The notes below the pieces were generated by a model, which saw only the letters and a list, made by a program, of their open reading frames with translations, did no database searches and was not told the DNA's origin. Below, in pieces: positions 63,184 to 64,000 of a DNA stretch of 64,000 nucleotides. Numbering within the stretch: position 1 is the stretch's first letter; each line of letters begins with the position of its first letter. Source of the DNA: Nitrospirota bacterium (lineage in GTDB: Bacteria; Nitrospirota; UBA9217); assembly GCA_963663225.1 (NCBI GenBank), contig OY760142.1, forward strand, positions 3,040,001-3,104,000, written 5' to 3'. The translations under genes and the position numbers were made by a program.

Positions 63184-64000
63184 CTAAAAGCCATACTCTT
63201 TCCATCGTTTGTCGACCATTTCAGATATTTTACCGTCCATCTTAATTTCATCCGGCCAGGAACGCAGGAAACCTTCACCAAGGCCTTTGCGTGTTGCGTC
63301 AATTCCCATCTTTCCACCGAAACCTGTCTGCGGACAGGAGTGGTCAAGAATATCCAACGGACCGTTTGTAATGATCACATCACGTTGGGGGTCCACATGG
63401 TTCATCACTTTCCATGTTACTTCCGAGTAGTCATGAATATTTACATCTTCATCGCAGACGATGACAAATTTGGAGAGCATAAGCATACCGGTGCCCCAGA
63501 TGGTATTGATCACCTTTTTGCCGTGCCCGGGATATCGTTTTTTTATTTTTACAATAACATTATTATGGAATACACCCTCAATGGGCATATCCATATCGAG
63601 AATTTCCGGCGAAACCATCTGCAGAAGAGGGAGGAATATCCGCTCCGTAGCTTTGCCTAGGTACGCATCTTCCTGGGGCGGTCGACCAACCAGAGTTGCG
63701 GGATAGATGGCATTTTTCCGATGTGTAATTGCAGTGATATGAAACACCGGATAATCATCAGCTTCAGAATAGTAACCGGTGTGATCGCCAAACGGACCTT
63801 CACGACGGCGTTCATGTGGATCTACAAATCCTTCAAGAATGAATTCTGCTTCAGCAGGCACGCGGACATCAACGGTTTTACACTGTACAACTTCGAGCGG
63901 TTTTTTTCTTAAAAACCCTGCAAAAAGAAATTCACCGACTGCGGGAGGAAGCGGTGCCGTTGCTGCGTACACTATCGATGGATCTCCGCCAATGGCAACC
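63184..64000 (-). CDS. UbiD family decarboxylase, menaquinone/futalosine-type (3' part; 5' end off window)
   Basis: VPAEAEFILEG, EGPFGDHTGYY, VGRPPQED, D.LDHS and GGKMGIDAT motifs. Confidence 0.9.
   Translation of the reverse strand, partial: VAIGGDPSIVYAATAPLPPAVGEFLFAGFLRKKPLEVVQCKTVDVRVPAEAEFILEGFVDPHERRREGPFGDHTGYYSEADDYPVFHITAITHRKNAIYPATLVGRPPQEDAYLGKATERIFLPLLQMVSPEILDMDMPIEGVFHNNVIVKIKKRYPGHGKKVINTIWGTGMLMLSKFVIVCDEDVNIHDYSEVTWKVMNHVDPQRDVIITNGPLDILDHSCPQTGFGGKMGIDATRKGLGEGFLRSWPDEIKMDGKISEMVDKRWKEYGF

Overview
Gene-dense bacterial chromosome segment of moderate GC content. Gene content suggests an anaerobic Nitrospirota- or Desulfobacterota-like organism; this is inference only, with no taxonomic search. 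The right part is mostly housekeeping: clpC, rimP-nusA-ylxR/L7Ae-infB-ylxP-rbfA-nrnA-truB-rpsO-pnp, ccsA-hemA-hemC then an iscA-like gene and hemB, lolCE/lolD, lysS, purC, a CNNM protein and a UbiD-family decarboxylase. The left part is more accessory. It has a pyrR 5' end with a PyrR attenuator, and a six-gene energy-converting hydrogenase-related (Ehr) operon whose large subunit lacks the NiFe ligands, behind a consensus promoter with a palindromic operator and a long leader. It also has glnE, rnr, an AT-rich orphan gene with an attC-like site, cti, a beta-carbonic anhydrase and a selA-selB-pgm-hydantoinase-HDAC run. A LysR-linked periplasmic flavoprotein plus 7-heme cytochrome module has an active site that is not fumarate-type and sits beside a sigma28-driven sCache chemoreceptor. 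Sequence-level oddities include a probable AUA start for lolD, several probable leaderless genes and a bidirectional promoter. No rRNA, tRNA, CRISPR array, integrase or transposase was recognised. Calls rest on motif recognition by eye; several starts were moved from the ORF track using SD and promoter context.
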